Program-made: the position numbers and the translations under genes | Shown here: positions 13,767 through 28,145 of the stretch, piece after piece | How the letters are laid out: each line of letters starts with the position of its first letter | Position numbering within the stretch: position 1 is the stretch's first letter | Assembly (NCBI GenBank): GCA_964016885.1 | Contig: CAXHJY010001528.1 | Span: 72,791-136,790 of the forward strand | Source of the DNA: Eledone cirrhosa | Taxonomy: Eukaryota | Direction of reading: 5' to 3' | Length of the DNA: 64,000 bases | The notes under the pieces: model-generated | The model's input: only the letters and a program-made list of their open reading frames with translations | What the model was told of the DNA's origin: nothing | The model's database searches: none

Positions 13767-13875
13767 TATATCTATACACTCACAATATACCCTTTTACTC
13801 TTTTACCTGTTCCAATCGACTGACTGAGGCCTAGCTGGAGCAGTTAAGCAATATATATATATATATATATATATA

Positions 13876-14079
13876 TAGGAACAAATAAGACCCCGACGGC
13901 TGAGCTCAAGCCGTTTCGACGGCTAATTCTGTACTCAATTACAGTACAGAATTAGCCGTCGAAACGGCTTGAGCTCAGCCGTCGGGGTCTTATTTGTTCC
14001 TATTACCCACTCTACTACCCTAAGTATTGAGTACTTTGGTGCGTTATGGTCCACCTGGTTCCTTACCACATTTCCTTCG

Positions 14080-14082
<3 letters not shown>
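13876..14082 (+). mobile_element. Tailed palindrome, family A, copy 2 (perfect 60-bp arms, 7-nt loop, 80-nt tail)
   Basis: 13876-13935 is the exact reverse complement of 13943-14002; tail 14003-14082; (TA)n on both sides. Confidence 0.9.
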
Positions 14083-14137
<55 letters not shown>

Positions 14138-14190
14138 TAGGTGTATATTTCCCACGTTAGCTAGGTCTATATATATCTATATATATATAT

Positions 14191-14228
<38 letters not shown>

Positions 14229-14229
14229 T

Positions 14230-14720
<491 letters not shown>

Positions 14721-15232
14721 TCGATAAAAAATAAAAGGTCATCTCTTGGCAAACTATATTAATAAGTTGATGGCATCTCAATGCCATGAGGCGCGTCATA
14801 CACTCTAAGATACTCCACCATCTTGCCAATCACTGTCTTGCTCAATGCTAACTCGGGTTAAACAGATGCAGAGTATATCTCTACGGAATTCGGCAGAGTG
14901 AGGTGGCTGAAATTGAACAAAATCATCAGGGCAATCTACAATAGATCAATATGATCAGCGACTTAACGATCATCAAATCATCCAATAACGACATCAACAT
15001 TTTTTTATATATCCCACAAATTAATTATGGTCATCAACAAAAATTAATACAGCTAACATTAAACAATTGATAATCAGGTCATTCGGTAAAAAGACCAAAG
15101 ATATATATATGTGTGTGTATGTATATATATATACATACACACACAACCCAACCAGGAACTGGGCATATCAGAGTATTGACAAAGTTATACACCTCAACAA
15201 CATGTGTACTCGTCTCTACCACAATAATTCGG

Positions 15233-15287
15233 ACTACCTGAAGAGGTCACAGCCAAAGATGGCGGTCACCGAAATATATATAGCAGT
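15233..15287 (+). ncRNA. Minimal type-I hammerhead ribozyme motif
   Basis: ACTAC-CTGAAGA-[GGTcACaGCCA aaga TGGCgGTcACC]-GAAATATATATA-GCAGT; palindromic stem III; followed by AATAAA. Confidence 0.7.
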
Positions 15288-15345
15288 AATAAACGAAGCC
15301 AAATTTTAAACATTTGACTTATTTATTTTCTTTTATTTTATATAC

Positions 15346-15401
<56 letters not shown>

Positions 15402-15489
15402 AGGAGGTTATAGTTCACTTGAAGCATTGTGTAATAAGGTATAAACGTTTGAATATGTGTAATAAGGCCAAGACAATGCAGGTATACAC

Positions 15490-15575
<86 letters not shown>

Positions 15576-15734
15576 ATATATATGTGTATATATATATATT
15601 TATTAAAATAACAGATTTGCTCTACCGTTAATACATATTTGCTCTACGGTTCTTATATATTTGATATATATTTATCCTTATCGAGCCCTCTTTGGATTTT
15701 AGTCTTCAAATTTATTATTATTACTATATATATA

Positions 15735-15769
<35 letters not shown>

Positions 15770-15778
15770 GTATATATA

Positions 15779-16100
15779 TATCACATAAGAAACGGAGAAT
15801 CAGTGGTGCGACGAATAAGATTTGTTAGACATATTACAATCGTTTCTCTGGCAACCAGCTTGATTCGTAGAATCGAAACATATCCGAGGATCTTGCGATT
15901 TCAGAGTCAGGTTTGATCACTGCATCGATCGTGCCTCGAATTGGTCGCCAGAGAAACGATTGTAATATGTCTAATAAATCTTATTTGTCGCACCACTGAT
16001 TCTCCGTTTCTTATGTGATATTATACTCTGCTCTGTAAGAGCATCGAGTGCTCCAAACGGCCTACCGCATACGGACGCTTTAAGCATCCCACACCAATTA
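15779..16100 (+). mobile_element. Tailed palindrome, family C
   Basis: ~79-bp arms 15779-15857/15942-16020, 84-nt spacer, 80-nt tail with ACTCTGCTC..GAGCATCGAGT; arm contains GAAACGATTGTA. Confidence 0.8.
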
Positions 16101-16119
16101 TGTATATATATATATATAT

Positions 16120-16231
<112 letters not shown>

Positions 16232-16351
16232 GTATGTATATATATCAACAGATTGTTAGAGGTATACAGCCCTGATGTAGGGTAATGACCCACAAACATG
16301 TTGACTGTTCCCCAATGCCAGTGTTGAACAAACGGATGACGATTTGTCATC

Positions 16352-16532
16352 GGCACGGCACAGGTCCGGACGCCATGCTTTGCAGCATAGAGTTACGGCC
16401 CTTTATATTCTGAGTTAAAATCCCGCCGAGGTTAACTTTGCCTTTCATCCTTACGGGGTCGATAAAATAAAGTACCAGTAATGTACTGGGATAATTGCTG
16501 GCCTTGTGCCAAAAGTAGAAACAATTATTATT
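16352..16532 (+). mobile_element. tRNA-derived SINE family 1
   Basis: ctgagtt(c/a)aaatcccgccgaggttaactttgcctttcatccttacggggtcgataaaataaagtaccag core. Confidence 0.8.
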
Positions 16533-16953
16533 ATTCGATATAACCCATACGTACATATGAATGTGTATATATGTGTGTATGTATATACATGTGTGTGTGT
16601 GTATGTGTGCGTATGCATCTATGTAAGCATGTATGTATGTACATATGTATGCAAGTATCTATGTATATAAGCATGCATGTATGTATGTACGTACGTAGGC
16701 ATATATGTAAGCATGCATGCATACATATATGTGTATGTATGCATGTATGTATGTCAGGATGGATGGATGTATGTATTTATGTATGTATGTATTATTTGTT
16801 TATATATTTGAAATGTATATATGTAAATGTGTGTGTGTGTATATGTATATATGTGTATATAAATGTTAGACGAAATTATATATATGCACACTGTAAATAT
16901 GTAGTGTTCTATTTCTCCCACTGTTATTGCACGTGATTATGTTGGCACACACG

Positions 16954-17107
<154 letters not shown>

Positions 17108-17124
17108 GCGTGTGTATATATGTG

Positions 17125-17176
<52 letters not shown>

Positions 17177-17191
17177 CATACATACACACGC

Positions 17192-17266
<75 letters not shown>

Positions 17267-17477
17267 TACATACATACACATACACATATATATATACATA
17301 TATGTATGTGTGTGTATGTGAGTGTGTGTATATAGATATGTATATCTATATATACGCACTCTCAAATATATGTATGTATGTATATACATACATACCTATG
17401 TATATATATATGTGTATATGTGTGTGTATGTGTGTGTGTGTAAATAAATGTGTATGTATGTTTTGTATATATGTACA

Positions 17478-17567
<90 letters not shown>

Positions 17568-17587
17568 TATATATATATATATATATA

Positions 17588-17674
<87 letters not shown>

Positions 17675-17965
17675 GTTATGTTCATATATATATATATGTA
17701 TATATATATATGAACATAACTTTGCTGTGGTAATTGAGTGGGTATAAAATGTAATGAGCAGCGAAACGAGAGAGGGTAAAGAGAGAAAGCGAGACTGAAC
17801 AGAGGGAGAGGGAGAGAAAGAGTGAGAACGAGAGAAGGAGAGAGAGAGAGACAGTTATGCATAGAGAAGAAGAGGAAAAGAGAATGTGTGAGAGACGTAG
17901 ACAGAGACAGACAGAGAAACAGAGGTGGTGGGGGTTAGGAACGAACAGAGTCAGACAGATAGGGG

Positions 17966-18032
<67 letters not shown>

Positions 18033-18068
18033 AAGATAGATAATAGATAGATAGATAGATAGATAGAT

Positions 18069-18117
<49 letters not shown>

Positions 18118-18409
18118 GTGGATGTGTTAGAGAGGATGTGAGTCTATATTTATGTTATATATGTGTTATGTTTACTAGTGGGCAGCAGTTAGAAGCTAGG
18201 TTAGTGGCACTATAGACTAGCCTTCTTCTTCTTCTTCTTCTTCTTCTTCTTCTTCCACTGGCATTCAAATAAAGACGGTTTGAAACGGGAGCCAAGGTAA
18301 AGGACATAGAAATGGGTGACCGATTTACCAGCGAATCCAACAGCCCCTTTCCAACTTTTTACATATCTCTCGTCTTTCCTTTGCAGCCCTCAGCACATCC
18401 CGCATACCA

Positions 18410-18852
18410 CCATAATCAACACCAACACCAACACTAACTCCAGCACCAACACTAACCCCAGCGCCATTATCAACACTAACAATAACACCAGCACCAATAC
18501 GAACGCCAACACCAGCACTCACTCCAGCACCAACACCAAAACTAACTCCAGCACCAACACCGACACTAACTCTAACACCAACACCAACACCACCAACACC
18601 AACGCCAACGCCAACCCTAACTCCAGCACCAACACCAACACTAACTCCAACACCAACACTAACTCCTCCACCATTATCAACACCAACACCAATACTAACA
18701 CCAACACTAACTCCAACACCAACACTAACTCCTCCACCATTATCAACACCAACACCAATACTAACACCAACACTAACACCAGCGCCAACACAACACCAAC
18801 GCCAACACTAACTCCAACATCAACACTAACACCCACACCAACACCAGCACCA
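18410..18852. repeat. (ACCAAC/ACTAAC)n degenerate hexamer minisatellite
   Basis: Direct inspection; includes a duplicated ~66-bp block. Confidence 0.85.
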
Positions 18853-19267
18853 ACATATGCGTATGTATATATGTGTGCATGTACGTATGTGTGAAAGAGT
18901 GTGGCTTAGTTGTTAAAGTGTTGGGCTCACAATCATGAGGTTGTGAGTTCGATTCCCGAACTCGGCAGCCCATTGTGTTCTTGGGCAGCATTGCTCCAAA
19001 CCATTCAAAAGAAGAAAAAAAATTCTTTGCACCTATAAGTCAAATGGTCAGTCTTGTTACATACACCGTGCCACTCTGAATCTCCTTGAAAATTATCTTA
19101 AGGGTTAATTTGCACGTTAATTTCACAAGCAAGCTGTTCCGTTCTGCAAACATCCAGACTAATCGTCGTTGAAACAGATGGAGATCCAACACAGCTCACA
19201 GTTAGCTATTACCTAGTTTTATTTATTACTTTTTGGAGATGTTTATATTCTTGTTTCGTTATTCTCC

Positions 19268-19632
19268 CTTTATGATCTGAGTTCAAATCCCGCCGAGGTT
19301 AACTTTGCCTTTCATCCTTACGGGGTCGATAAAATAAAGTACCAGTAATGCACTGGGTAATTGCTGGCCTTGTGCCAAAAGTAGAAACAATTATTTTATA
19401 CTTTTTCATTGGCGGCAGATTAGAGGGATCGGTAGAGCATCAGACAACATGCTTTGCGGCATAGAATGATTGTTCTTTATGATCTGAGTTCAAATCTCGC
19501 CGAGATTAACTTTGCCTTTCACCCTTACAGGGTCGATAAAATAAAGTACCAGTAACGCACTGAGGGCGATTTAATGAACTTTCTCCTCCTCTTAAATTGT
19601 TGGCGTTGTGCCTAAATAAAAAAAACATTATT
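19268..19632 (+). mobile_element. Two tandem SINE family 1 copies
   Basis: Core at ~19277 and ~19484. Confidence 0.8.
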
Positions 19633-19643
19633 TTATACTTAAC

Positions 19644-19750
<107 letters not shown>

Positions 19751-19946
19751 TCTCTCTCTCTCTCTCACACACACCCTCTCTCTCTCTCTCTCTCACACAC
19801 ACACGCCCTCTCTTTCTCTCTCTCACACACACACACACTCTCTCTCTCTCACACACACTCTATCTCTCTCTCAACGCACACACACCCTCTCTCTCTCTCA
19901 CACACACACCCTCTCTCTCTCTCTCTCAATGCACACACACACACAC

Positions 19947-19977
<31 letters not shown>

Positions 19978-20187
19978 CACACCCTCTCTCTCTCTCTCCC
20001 TCACACACACACACCCTCTCTCTCTCACACACACACCCACCCTCTCTCTTAATGCACACACACACACACACACCCTCTCTCTCAATGCACACATTTATAT
20101 TCTCAACCTATTTGTTATGGCCACTCTACGACACTAACATCGATAACATTTCATTCCTTGTAACAATATGCACAATATATTCAACAC

Positions 20188-20390
20188 ACGAGGTACGGCT
20201 GAAAAGTTTATAGGCTGACCAAGATATTCTCGTGGAATGACCAAATGAGGTTTGTTTTTCAACATAGGCCCTCCCTCGAAAGAAACAATCCAGTTATTAA
20301 TAAGAAGGGTTGAAATTAAGGCATGCACGATTTCATAGCTCTAGCATCACTCCTTCATAATCAGCCTATGAACTGTTCAGCCTACGTCGC
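20188..20390. mobile_element. Mariner-type MITE, copy 3
   Basis: cgaggtacggctgaaaagtttataggctga ... tcagcctatgaactgttcagcctacgtcg. Confidence 0.75.
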
Positions 20391-20716
20391 TTATTAAATT
20401 TTGCTTATCTATCTTCGGCGAAATTTTATTTTAAGTAGTGGCATTCCTGCGGCAATTAATTTTCTTTAGGCATTAAAAACATTGTACATGCCAAAAAATA
20501 GAGTACATTACTAGAAATCGCTTAGGTTATAAAATAAATAGGATGGGTTAGGGTCTCAATATGTAAACTAAACGACTAATTCTGGTTTTTAAATATCAAA
20601 GGAGACAACCTAGAAAAATTACCCATTTTCCACCCCCATCACTTATTACCCCAGCCCCTCCATTATTTAGGACCCGAGAGTAGCTGTTGAACATTATATC
20701 AGTTAAACATTATATC

Positions 20717-20906
20717 AGGGCGGTGGATTGGCAGTATCAGTTGAGAGTCGGACTCCATGCTTTCCAGTATAGTTACGTCCCTTTACGGTCTGAGTTAAAA
20801 TCCCGCCGAGGTTAACTTTGCCTTTCATCCTTACGGGGTCGGTAAAATAAAGTACCAGTAATGTACTGAGTAATTGCTGGGCTTGTGCCAAAAGTAGAAA
20901 CAATTA
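20717..20906 (+). mobile_element. SINE family 1, full length, with apparent target-site duplication
   Basis: Head ggcggtggattggcagtatc plus core; attatatcagttaaa occurs on both sides. Confidence 0.8.
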
Positions 20907-21289
20907 TATCAGTTAAAGAATGTCTTTCATTTCATTTAAAATTCACACAACTGATGTGATACACAATTTTTATTTGTTATGACTTCTGTTTAGTTATAAC
21001 TTCAAATACCGCCTAGACCAGCTTTGTTCAATAACATTTCATGGTATTTCGGGGTTAAGACCTCGAAATATCATGAAATATTAAATAAAAGTGCAAACTT
21101 TTTCTGTCAGGTGTTTCTAACTTGACTTTATTCTAATTTTAACCCTGTATTTCTTATTTGCATTGTTCCGACTCTCCAAAAAAACAATCATAACCACAAA
21201 TCTCAACCTTCCATATCAAACTTATACTATACAAGGGTCAGTTGAAAAAATTGGTAGCTGAACAGTTTATAGACGTACCTAGATCGAGC

Positions 21290-21585
21290 CCCTAGCAGTG
21301 GAGACTTCAGCTACCTCTCTACTTACCACCATAGGCGCTGAGTTGGCTAGTCGCTGGTGTGAGCCTCGCGAGATGGAATTGCTCTTCAAGCGCATTTTAC
21401 TTACCATCCTCCGAGGAGACACCTTCTCCATTCTGTCTGCCGGGGCTGTGGGGCGGCCAGCACGTGGAACTTCATTTGCTCATAATACAGAGAGATGGGG
21501 AGGGCAAGAGAGATGGAGGTGATGACAGTGGGAGTTCGGCTCTTCTGTGTTCGGATCTAGTGTGCAGCATCAGTTGTTCGTAAAG
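21290..21585 (+). mobile_element. CRE-clade-like LINE 3' fragment
   Basis: LLTTIGAELASRWCEPREMELLFKRILLTILRGDTFSIL resembles the CRE RLE C-terminal EPRE..LFQR.SL...RGN motif. Confidence 0.6.
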
Positions 21586-21633
21586 AGGTAGTGATTCATA
21601 TATATAATTATCATATTATATTACCTGCAATAT

Positions 21634-21685
<52 letters not shown>

Positions 21686-21949
21686 AAAATATGGATTGAG
21701 GAAGGCGAGGCCGTATGGTTACTGATAACGATTGTTAGAAGGTAAGGCGATACGAACAAGATATGGAAGTTTCCCTTCGTCAGCTGTTTACTACGGGTCA
21801 TGGATGTTTCGATATATATATATATATATATATATACATTGAAACAAAGTACCAGTTAAGTACTGTGGTCGATTTAATCAATAAACGTATTAATAAAAAC
21901 TATAAATGAATTCACTACACCTATATTTGGCAAAATAGAAAGGAGAGAG

Positions 21950-22127
21950 TGAAAAGAATGCTACCAGAGAAATACTCATGGAATGACCAAATAATGTTTA
22001 TTTTTCAACATATTTTTCAACATACCAGCTATTCATAAGAAGAGTTAAAATTAATTCATGCAAGATTTCACAGCTCTAGCATGAAACCTTCATATTCAGC
22101 TTATGATCTTTTTAGCCGACCCTCGTA
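21950..22127. mobile_element. Mariner-type MITE, copy 4 (left end decayed)
   Basis: Same body (ctcatggaatgaccaaat...gatttcacagctctagc); right end ttagccgaccctcg-TA. Confidence 0.65.
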
Positions 22128-22282
22128 TAGTACTTGCTTTTTTATTCAATAAATGAAGCATAATTATTAAGACTTTATATTTAGAATTTCCGTTTGAAGT
22201 TTTCATGTTCTAAATATAATTTTATTATTTCTTTCTGGCCCATAAATAAATTATTATTATTATTTCTTTCTAGTCTATATAT

Positions 22283-22553
22283 AACCTCCCCGGGTGCCCT
22301 AGAAGCACCGGGTGGTTCAGGATTGGTGAGGTACCCGAGTCACCTCTGGGTCGTCCACCCCCACCCACCCCACCCTCCTATTGGAGAATTTATTTTGTTA
22401 TAATTATGCATAGTTTATTTTATATTTTTTAATATTTTCACTGTTAAATTAGTCTTACCATTGTGCACTTCTACTCGAGCTTATTGTAAACCCCCCACTG
22501 TAACTGTCCCACATGTCGGCCCTTGTGGCCCATAAAGAAATTATTATTATTAT
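22283..22553 (+). mobile_element. Tx1/L1-like LINE 3' UTR with (ATT)n tail
   Basis: Ends CTTGTGGCCCATAAAGAAAT-(TAT)n, similar to 6118-6137 and 33827-33846. Confidence 0.5.
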
Positions 22554-22734
22554 TTCGGCAAAGCTAATTACATCTGGCGACACACCAATTTGTAAAACTG
22601 CTGATTTAAATAAACCCTAATCCAGTGGTCCCCTGACTTTTTACTACTAAATGACCCCTTTTATTTAAATGAATTTCCCCATTGTCACCTCACACCATTA
22701 CTTCCCTCCTAGATGAGAGATTAAATGTACGCAT

Positions 22735-22950
22735 TGAGAGCTGAAAAGAAAATATGTAAGAACCAAGGTTGCTGACTGCTTAATGAACGCAACCACAAGG
22801 ATACGGTTCGAACGTGGAAGAGCCGAACTCCCACTGACATCGCCTCCATCTCTCCCGCTCTCCCCATCTCTCTGTATGGTGAGCAAATGGGGTCCCACGT
22901 GCTGGCCTCCCCACAGCCCCGGCGGGCAGGATGAAGAAGGCGTTTCCCAA
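22735..22950 (-). mobile_element. Second CRE-like 3' fragment, inverted relative to 21290-21585
   Basis: Reverse complement aligns with 21415-21580 (ccggggctgtgggg..gccagcacgtgg..catacagagagatgggga). Confidence 0.65.
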
Positions 22951-23039
22951 GAGTACAATGGATACACAATAGTGTGTGCTTATTATGTTTATAGTAAAGT
23001 ACTTGAAAGTATAACTGACGGATCTTCAGCACTATCTTT

Positions 23040-23500
23040 GCCGGACCCCCAGTACTACCTTTAAGGACTCCAGCACTACCTTTGTGGACTCTAATACTAC
23101 CTTTCCGGGTCCCCAGTATTAACTGTGGACTCCAGTATTAACTCTGTGGACTCCAGTACTAGCCTTCTGGATCCCAGTACTAGCTTTATGGACTCCAGTA
23201 CTACCTTTGTGGACTCCAATACTACCTTTCCGGGCCCCAGTACTAGCTGTCCGGGCCTTTAGTACTAGCTTTGTGGATCCCAGTACCCAGCGTTGTGGAT
23301 CCCAGTACCCAGCGTTGTGGATCCCAGTACCCAGCGTTGTGGATCCCAGTACCCAGCGTTGTGGATCCCAGTACCCAGCGTTGTGGATCCCAGTACCCAG
23401 CGTTGTGGATCCCAAAACTAGTGTTGTTGATCCCAGAACTAGCGTTGTGAATCCCAGAACCCAGTTTTATGGATCCCAGTACCAGCTTTGTGGATTCTTG
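23040..23500. repeat. 21/22-bp minisatellite
   Basis: About six perfect GTGGATCCCAGTACCCAGCGTT units at ~23273-23412, flanked by diverged 21-22-bp units. Confidence 0.9.
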
Positions 23501-24127
23501 TATTTTCTTTATCATTATTAGATTTGTGAATCACCACTACTACGTTTGCGGGACCCCGGTACTACATTATAGGCCCCAAAATAGGAACCGCTTTCCCAAG
23601 TTCTGGCAGAATCTGAAAATGATGAAACACCATAACAGGAGAATTATTCAAACGTTAAGTTTCAGCGAAACAAAAACAAATTAAACATTTCAATGGCGGT
23701 ACTTATTATTATTATGGTTAGCTTTGGCTTTCATCCTTACGGGGGTCGATAAAATAAAGTACCAGTAATGTACTGGAGTCGACTCTTCCCTCCCCTCCCC
23801 TCCCCTCCCCCCCTTTTTCAAGGTCACTGAGGTAATGTGGTGGCGGCGGCGGCGGCGACAGCGGTGGTGGTGGTGGTGGTGGTAGTTGTGGCAACAGTGG
23901 TGGTGGTGGTGGTGGTAGTAGTTGTGGCGGTGTTTGGCGGTGGCGGCGGCAGCAGTGGTGGCTGTGGTGGTGGTGGTGGTGGTGGATACGGTGGTGGTTG
24001 TTGTTGTTGTGGTGGTAGTGGTGGTGGTGGTGGTGGTAGTGGCGGCGGTAGTTGTGGTGGTTGTGATGATGATGATGATGGTGATGGTGGTGGTGGAAAC
24101 AACAACAACAACAGCCGCAACAACAAC

Positions 24128-24165
<38 letters not shown>

Positions 24166-24462
24166 AATAACAACATCAGCATCAATATCGACGAGATGGC
24201 CACATCTAGAAGGCCTTAGAGAAGACTTCTGACTGTTTAATTGGCGACAGTGGTATAACAACAGCAGCAGCTGTAGTCGGAGTAATTTGTCTGGCCTTCT
24301 TAGTGGCGTCTAGAGTTAGCTAAGCAAGAATACGGCGGTAAGGGGTAACACGGGTGGGGTAGAGGGGTGGTTGGGGTGGGGGCTGAGGTGTAGAGGGGGG
24401 CGTTTGAAAAACACTTTAAGTAATTACCAAACCTTCTTTACGGCTATAAAATAACGTTACCA

Positions 24463-24495
<33 letters not shown>

Positions 24496-24514
24496 TACAT
24501 ACATACATACATAC

Positions 24515-24527
24515 ACATCGACAGATA

Positions 24528-24558
<31 letters not shown>

Positions 24559-24578
24559 TCTCTATCTCTCTCTCTCTC

Positions 24579-24633
<55 letters not shown>

Positions 24634-24666
24634 TCGACAGATACTCTCTCTCTCTCTCTCACTCTC

Positions 24667-24711
<45 letters not shown>

Positions 24712-24713
24712 TC

Positions 24714-24783
<70 letters not shown>

Positions 24784-24789
24784 CGACAG

Positions 24790-24882
<93 letters not shown>

Positions 24883-24918
24883 TACACATACACACACACA
24901 GTGAAATATTCTCTCCCC

Positions 24919-24972
<54 letters not shown>

Positions 24973-25006
24973 ACACATACACACACACAGTGAAATATTC
25001 TCTCCC

Positions 25007-25041
<35 letters not shown>

Positions 25042-25125
25042 TACATACACATCGACAGATACTCTCTCTCTCTCTCACACACACACACATACACATACAC
25101 ACACACAGTGAAATATTCTCTCCCC

Positions 25126-25164
<39 letters not shown>

Positions 25165-25216
25165 GTACATACACACACACCGACACATATACAGCGACAG
25201 ATACTCTCTCTCTCTC

Positions 25217-25225
<9 letters not shown>
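24515..25225. repeat. Higher-order (CT)n/(CA)n repeat punctuated by ACATCGACAGATA and CAGTGAAATATTC
   Basis: ACATCGACAGATA x4 plus one variant; CAGTGAAATATTCTCTCCCC x3. Confidence 0.8.
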
Positions 25226-25252
<27 letters not shown>

Positions 25253-25366
25253 ACACATACACAAACAGACACACACACATAACACATACACACACATACA
25301 CACACATACACACGCACATCACGCACACTCATACATACAAGCAAAAACAAAAACACAAGCATATAT

Positions 25367-25427
<61 letters not shown>

Positions 25428-25647
25428 TGAGAAGAAGAAGAAGAAGAAGAAGAAGAAGAAGAAGAAGAAGAAGAAGAAGAGGAAGGGGAGGCGGCGGAGG
25501 AGGGAGGGGGGTGGGGGGTGATGTCCCCCCCCCCCCCCCCCCCCAATTTGGAGTAGGTAGTAGTAGACATTGTGGAATAATTAACAAATGCTTCGTTGGC
25601 AGTCAGTGACGAGTTCAAAGCCTCCAGTGGGCAATAAAAATAATAAT

Positions 25648-25755
25648 AATTGTTTCTACTTTTGGCACAAGGCCAGCAAATATCCCAGTGTATTACTGGT
25701 ACTTTATTTTATCGACCCCGTAAGGATGAAAGGCAAAGTTAACCTCGCGGGATTG
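25648..25755 (-). mobile_element. SINE family 1, 3' part
   Basis: Reverse complement of core. Confidence 0.8.
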
Positions 25756-25817
25756 ACATAAAATAATATAAAATAAAATAATAAAATAATAAATTAAAAT
25801 AAAAACATTCTTGCAAC

Positions 25818-25864
<47 letters not shown>

Positions 25865-26034
25865 GTTATCATAACCACCTCCACCACAATCATCATTAAT
25901 ATCATCATCATTGTCATCGTAAAAATTAGCACCACTACCGCCACCAGCATCAGCCTTATCGTTGTCATCACCATCAGCACCATATACCATCATCAGCATC
26001 ATCTTCATCATTATCGTCATCCTCATCTTCTTCT

Positions 26035-26070
<36 letters not shown>

Positions 26071-26329
26071 CCAGCATTGTCGTCGTCATCATCATCACCA
26101 TCATTGTCGTCGTCATCTTCCTCGTCATCAACAGTAACAGCACAACCATCATCACCACCATCACCATCACCATCACCATCACCACTATTGGTATCCCCAC
26201 CACCATCATCACTACCACCACCGGTCGGACCCTAGATGAAATCCGAATCATTGATGTTAAATCCCGAAAAAAAAAAAAAAACTATCTTCAGCAGAAAGAT
26301 TCACACCAACAGCAATATTCACCATCTTT

Positions 26330-26620
26330 GTTTAAATTGAGAACTAGAAGGCTATTTCTCCGAATTGAGAGATCACAACTCCGATATTACAGGCATATGG
26401 TTAGAATGTCTCAGGAAAGAATCTCTGGACAGATTTGACGAGGAGCAAAATCAGCTGGCAAGAGACCCAAGGGTAGAAAACCCCGAACAAAAAGCAAGAT
26501 AGTTGGATAACATCCATGATTTCGACTGGTCGGGCCTCGCTTGGGGGATCCAGTCGGATCAATTGGAGACGGTTGCTTCTGCCAGGACCTACTGGAAAGA
26601 GTGTATGAGGAATCTTCCCC
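26330..26620 (+). mobile_element. RTE-clade LINE 3' fragment (decayed)
   Basis: LFLRIERSQLRYYRHMVRMSQERI...GKRPKGR, typical RTE C-terminal motifs. Confidence 0.65.
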
Positions 26621-26849
26621 CACAACAATAAGTGTGGGTAGAAGAAGAAGAATAAGAAGAACAGCAACAACAACAACAACAACAACAAAGCAACAACTAG
26701 AAGGCAGAGGCTTAAGATCGATTCAAACAGCCTTTCAACGTCGGATGGTATCTCATTTGACAGCATATTTTAATAACCAATTGTTGAAGTACATGTACAA
26801 GCGAAACCATGTGATGGAGAAAGTATATTTACTCATAACGGGAAAGAAT

Positions 26850-27065
26850 AATGTTGGATAATGTTCCTTTCCAAACATCTGTGAAATATAGGCTAACAGA
26901 CCAGACATAATTATCTGAGATGAAAAAAAATTGAAAGAATAGACAGTAGTAGAAATCAGCTGTTTAGTAGATATTAACATAACGTCAAATATCTATGCCG
27001 AACTAATGAGAAAACTGCAGCTAGTACACCTGGACTATAACTTTAGATTTACACCTGTGATTATT
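26850..27065 (+). mobile_element. RLE-type LINE (R4/Dong-like) endonuclease fragment
   Basis: ANRPDIII*D...VVEISC..DINI...LQLVHLDYNFRFTPVII; PD-(D/E)xK-like with stops. Confidence 0.6.
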
Positions 27066-27079
27066 AAAATATTTGAGCA

Positions 27080-27490
27080 CGGTAGATTTGGCCGAATCGG
27101 TAGAGCGTTGGACAACATTCTTTGCGGCATAGAGTTACCATCCTTTGCGTCTGACTTTGCCTTTCATTTTTTCGGGGCCAAGCCGATAAGTTAAAATAAC
27201 AGTTAAATAATAGAGTTGATATAATCAACTTCCTCTTCCGTAAAAAAAAATCAGAAACAATTATAGTATTTGGTTGTGAGAACAATGGATTAGCAGTAGA
27301 ATCGGTAGAGCGTCGGATAGCATACTATACGACATAGAGTTACACACTTTACCTTCTGAATTTCAATCTAAGCAAGGTGATTTTGCCTTTCATCCTTATG
27401 ATACCAGTAACGCACTGGTGTTGATTTAATCGACTTTCCACTCCCCTAACATGGTTGGCCTTGTGTCTAAATTAGAAACAATTATTACAG
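27080..27490 (+). mobile_element. Two older tandem SINE family 1 copies
   Basis: gaatcggtagagcgt(t/c)gga heads and tttgcctttcat cores. Confidence 0.65.
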
Positions 27491-28145
27491 TATTTGGTTA
27501 TATAACTGCCTCAAAGCTAAGCTTGAGAAGCTGAGCTTCATGAAATAAGGCAGGACACAAATAATTAGGAAATTACTATTTCAAGAGATTAATCTAAAAA
27601 ATTCTAAAGTCTGTCTCGAGCTCAGAGTCTCATCAGGCCGATGTTTATGCCGTTATCTGACATAAAGCGACTGAGAGAACGAGACTCTCTGTGGACAGGA
27701 CCCAGGTCCATCACAGAGTTAAGTCACCAGCTGAGTATATGTTTTTTTTCTTGTTTTTTTTCTTCTTTTGTTCAAGAACATAACACACAACCCAATCCAG
27801 AAGTCGAACCTACGACATTATGATCGTAAGTCTAACACACTTGCCACAACAAAGCCACGTACCTCCACAAGAGATTAAGAGAATTGAACTGCTAAAATAT
27901 GTAATAAAGCCTTCCAGAGATTTAGCCTGTAAATAAAGTGAATAGACTTGCACCAGTTGCGATGATGAGTGTTCAGTTGTCCACTCAACTGAACTACCTA
28001 TTCACTGAATTAGCGTGTAAAGTGGTTGAGTATTCCACAGGCACGTGTATCTTCAATATCTTCCTCAGGTAGAATCAGTGTAGCACTATGTCAGAAAGAT
28101 GAACATTTGATTTACTGATATTATATATGTATCAGGGCGTATCAG

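Noticed and set aside
18316-18894. N/T-rich 192-aa ORF
   Set aside because: Hexamer minisatellite without supporting gene structure
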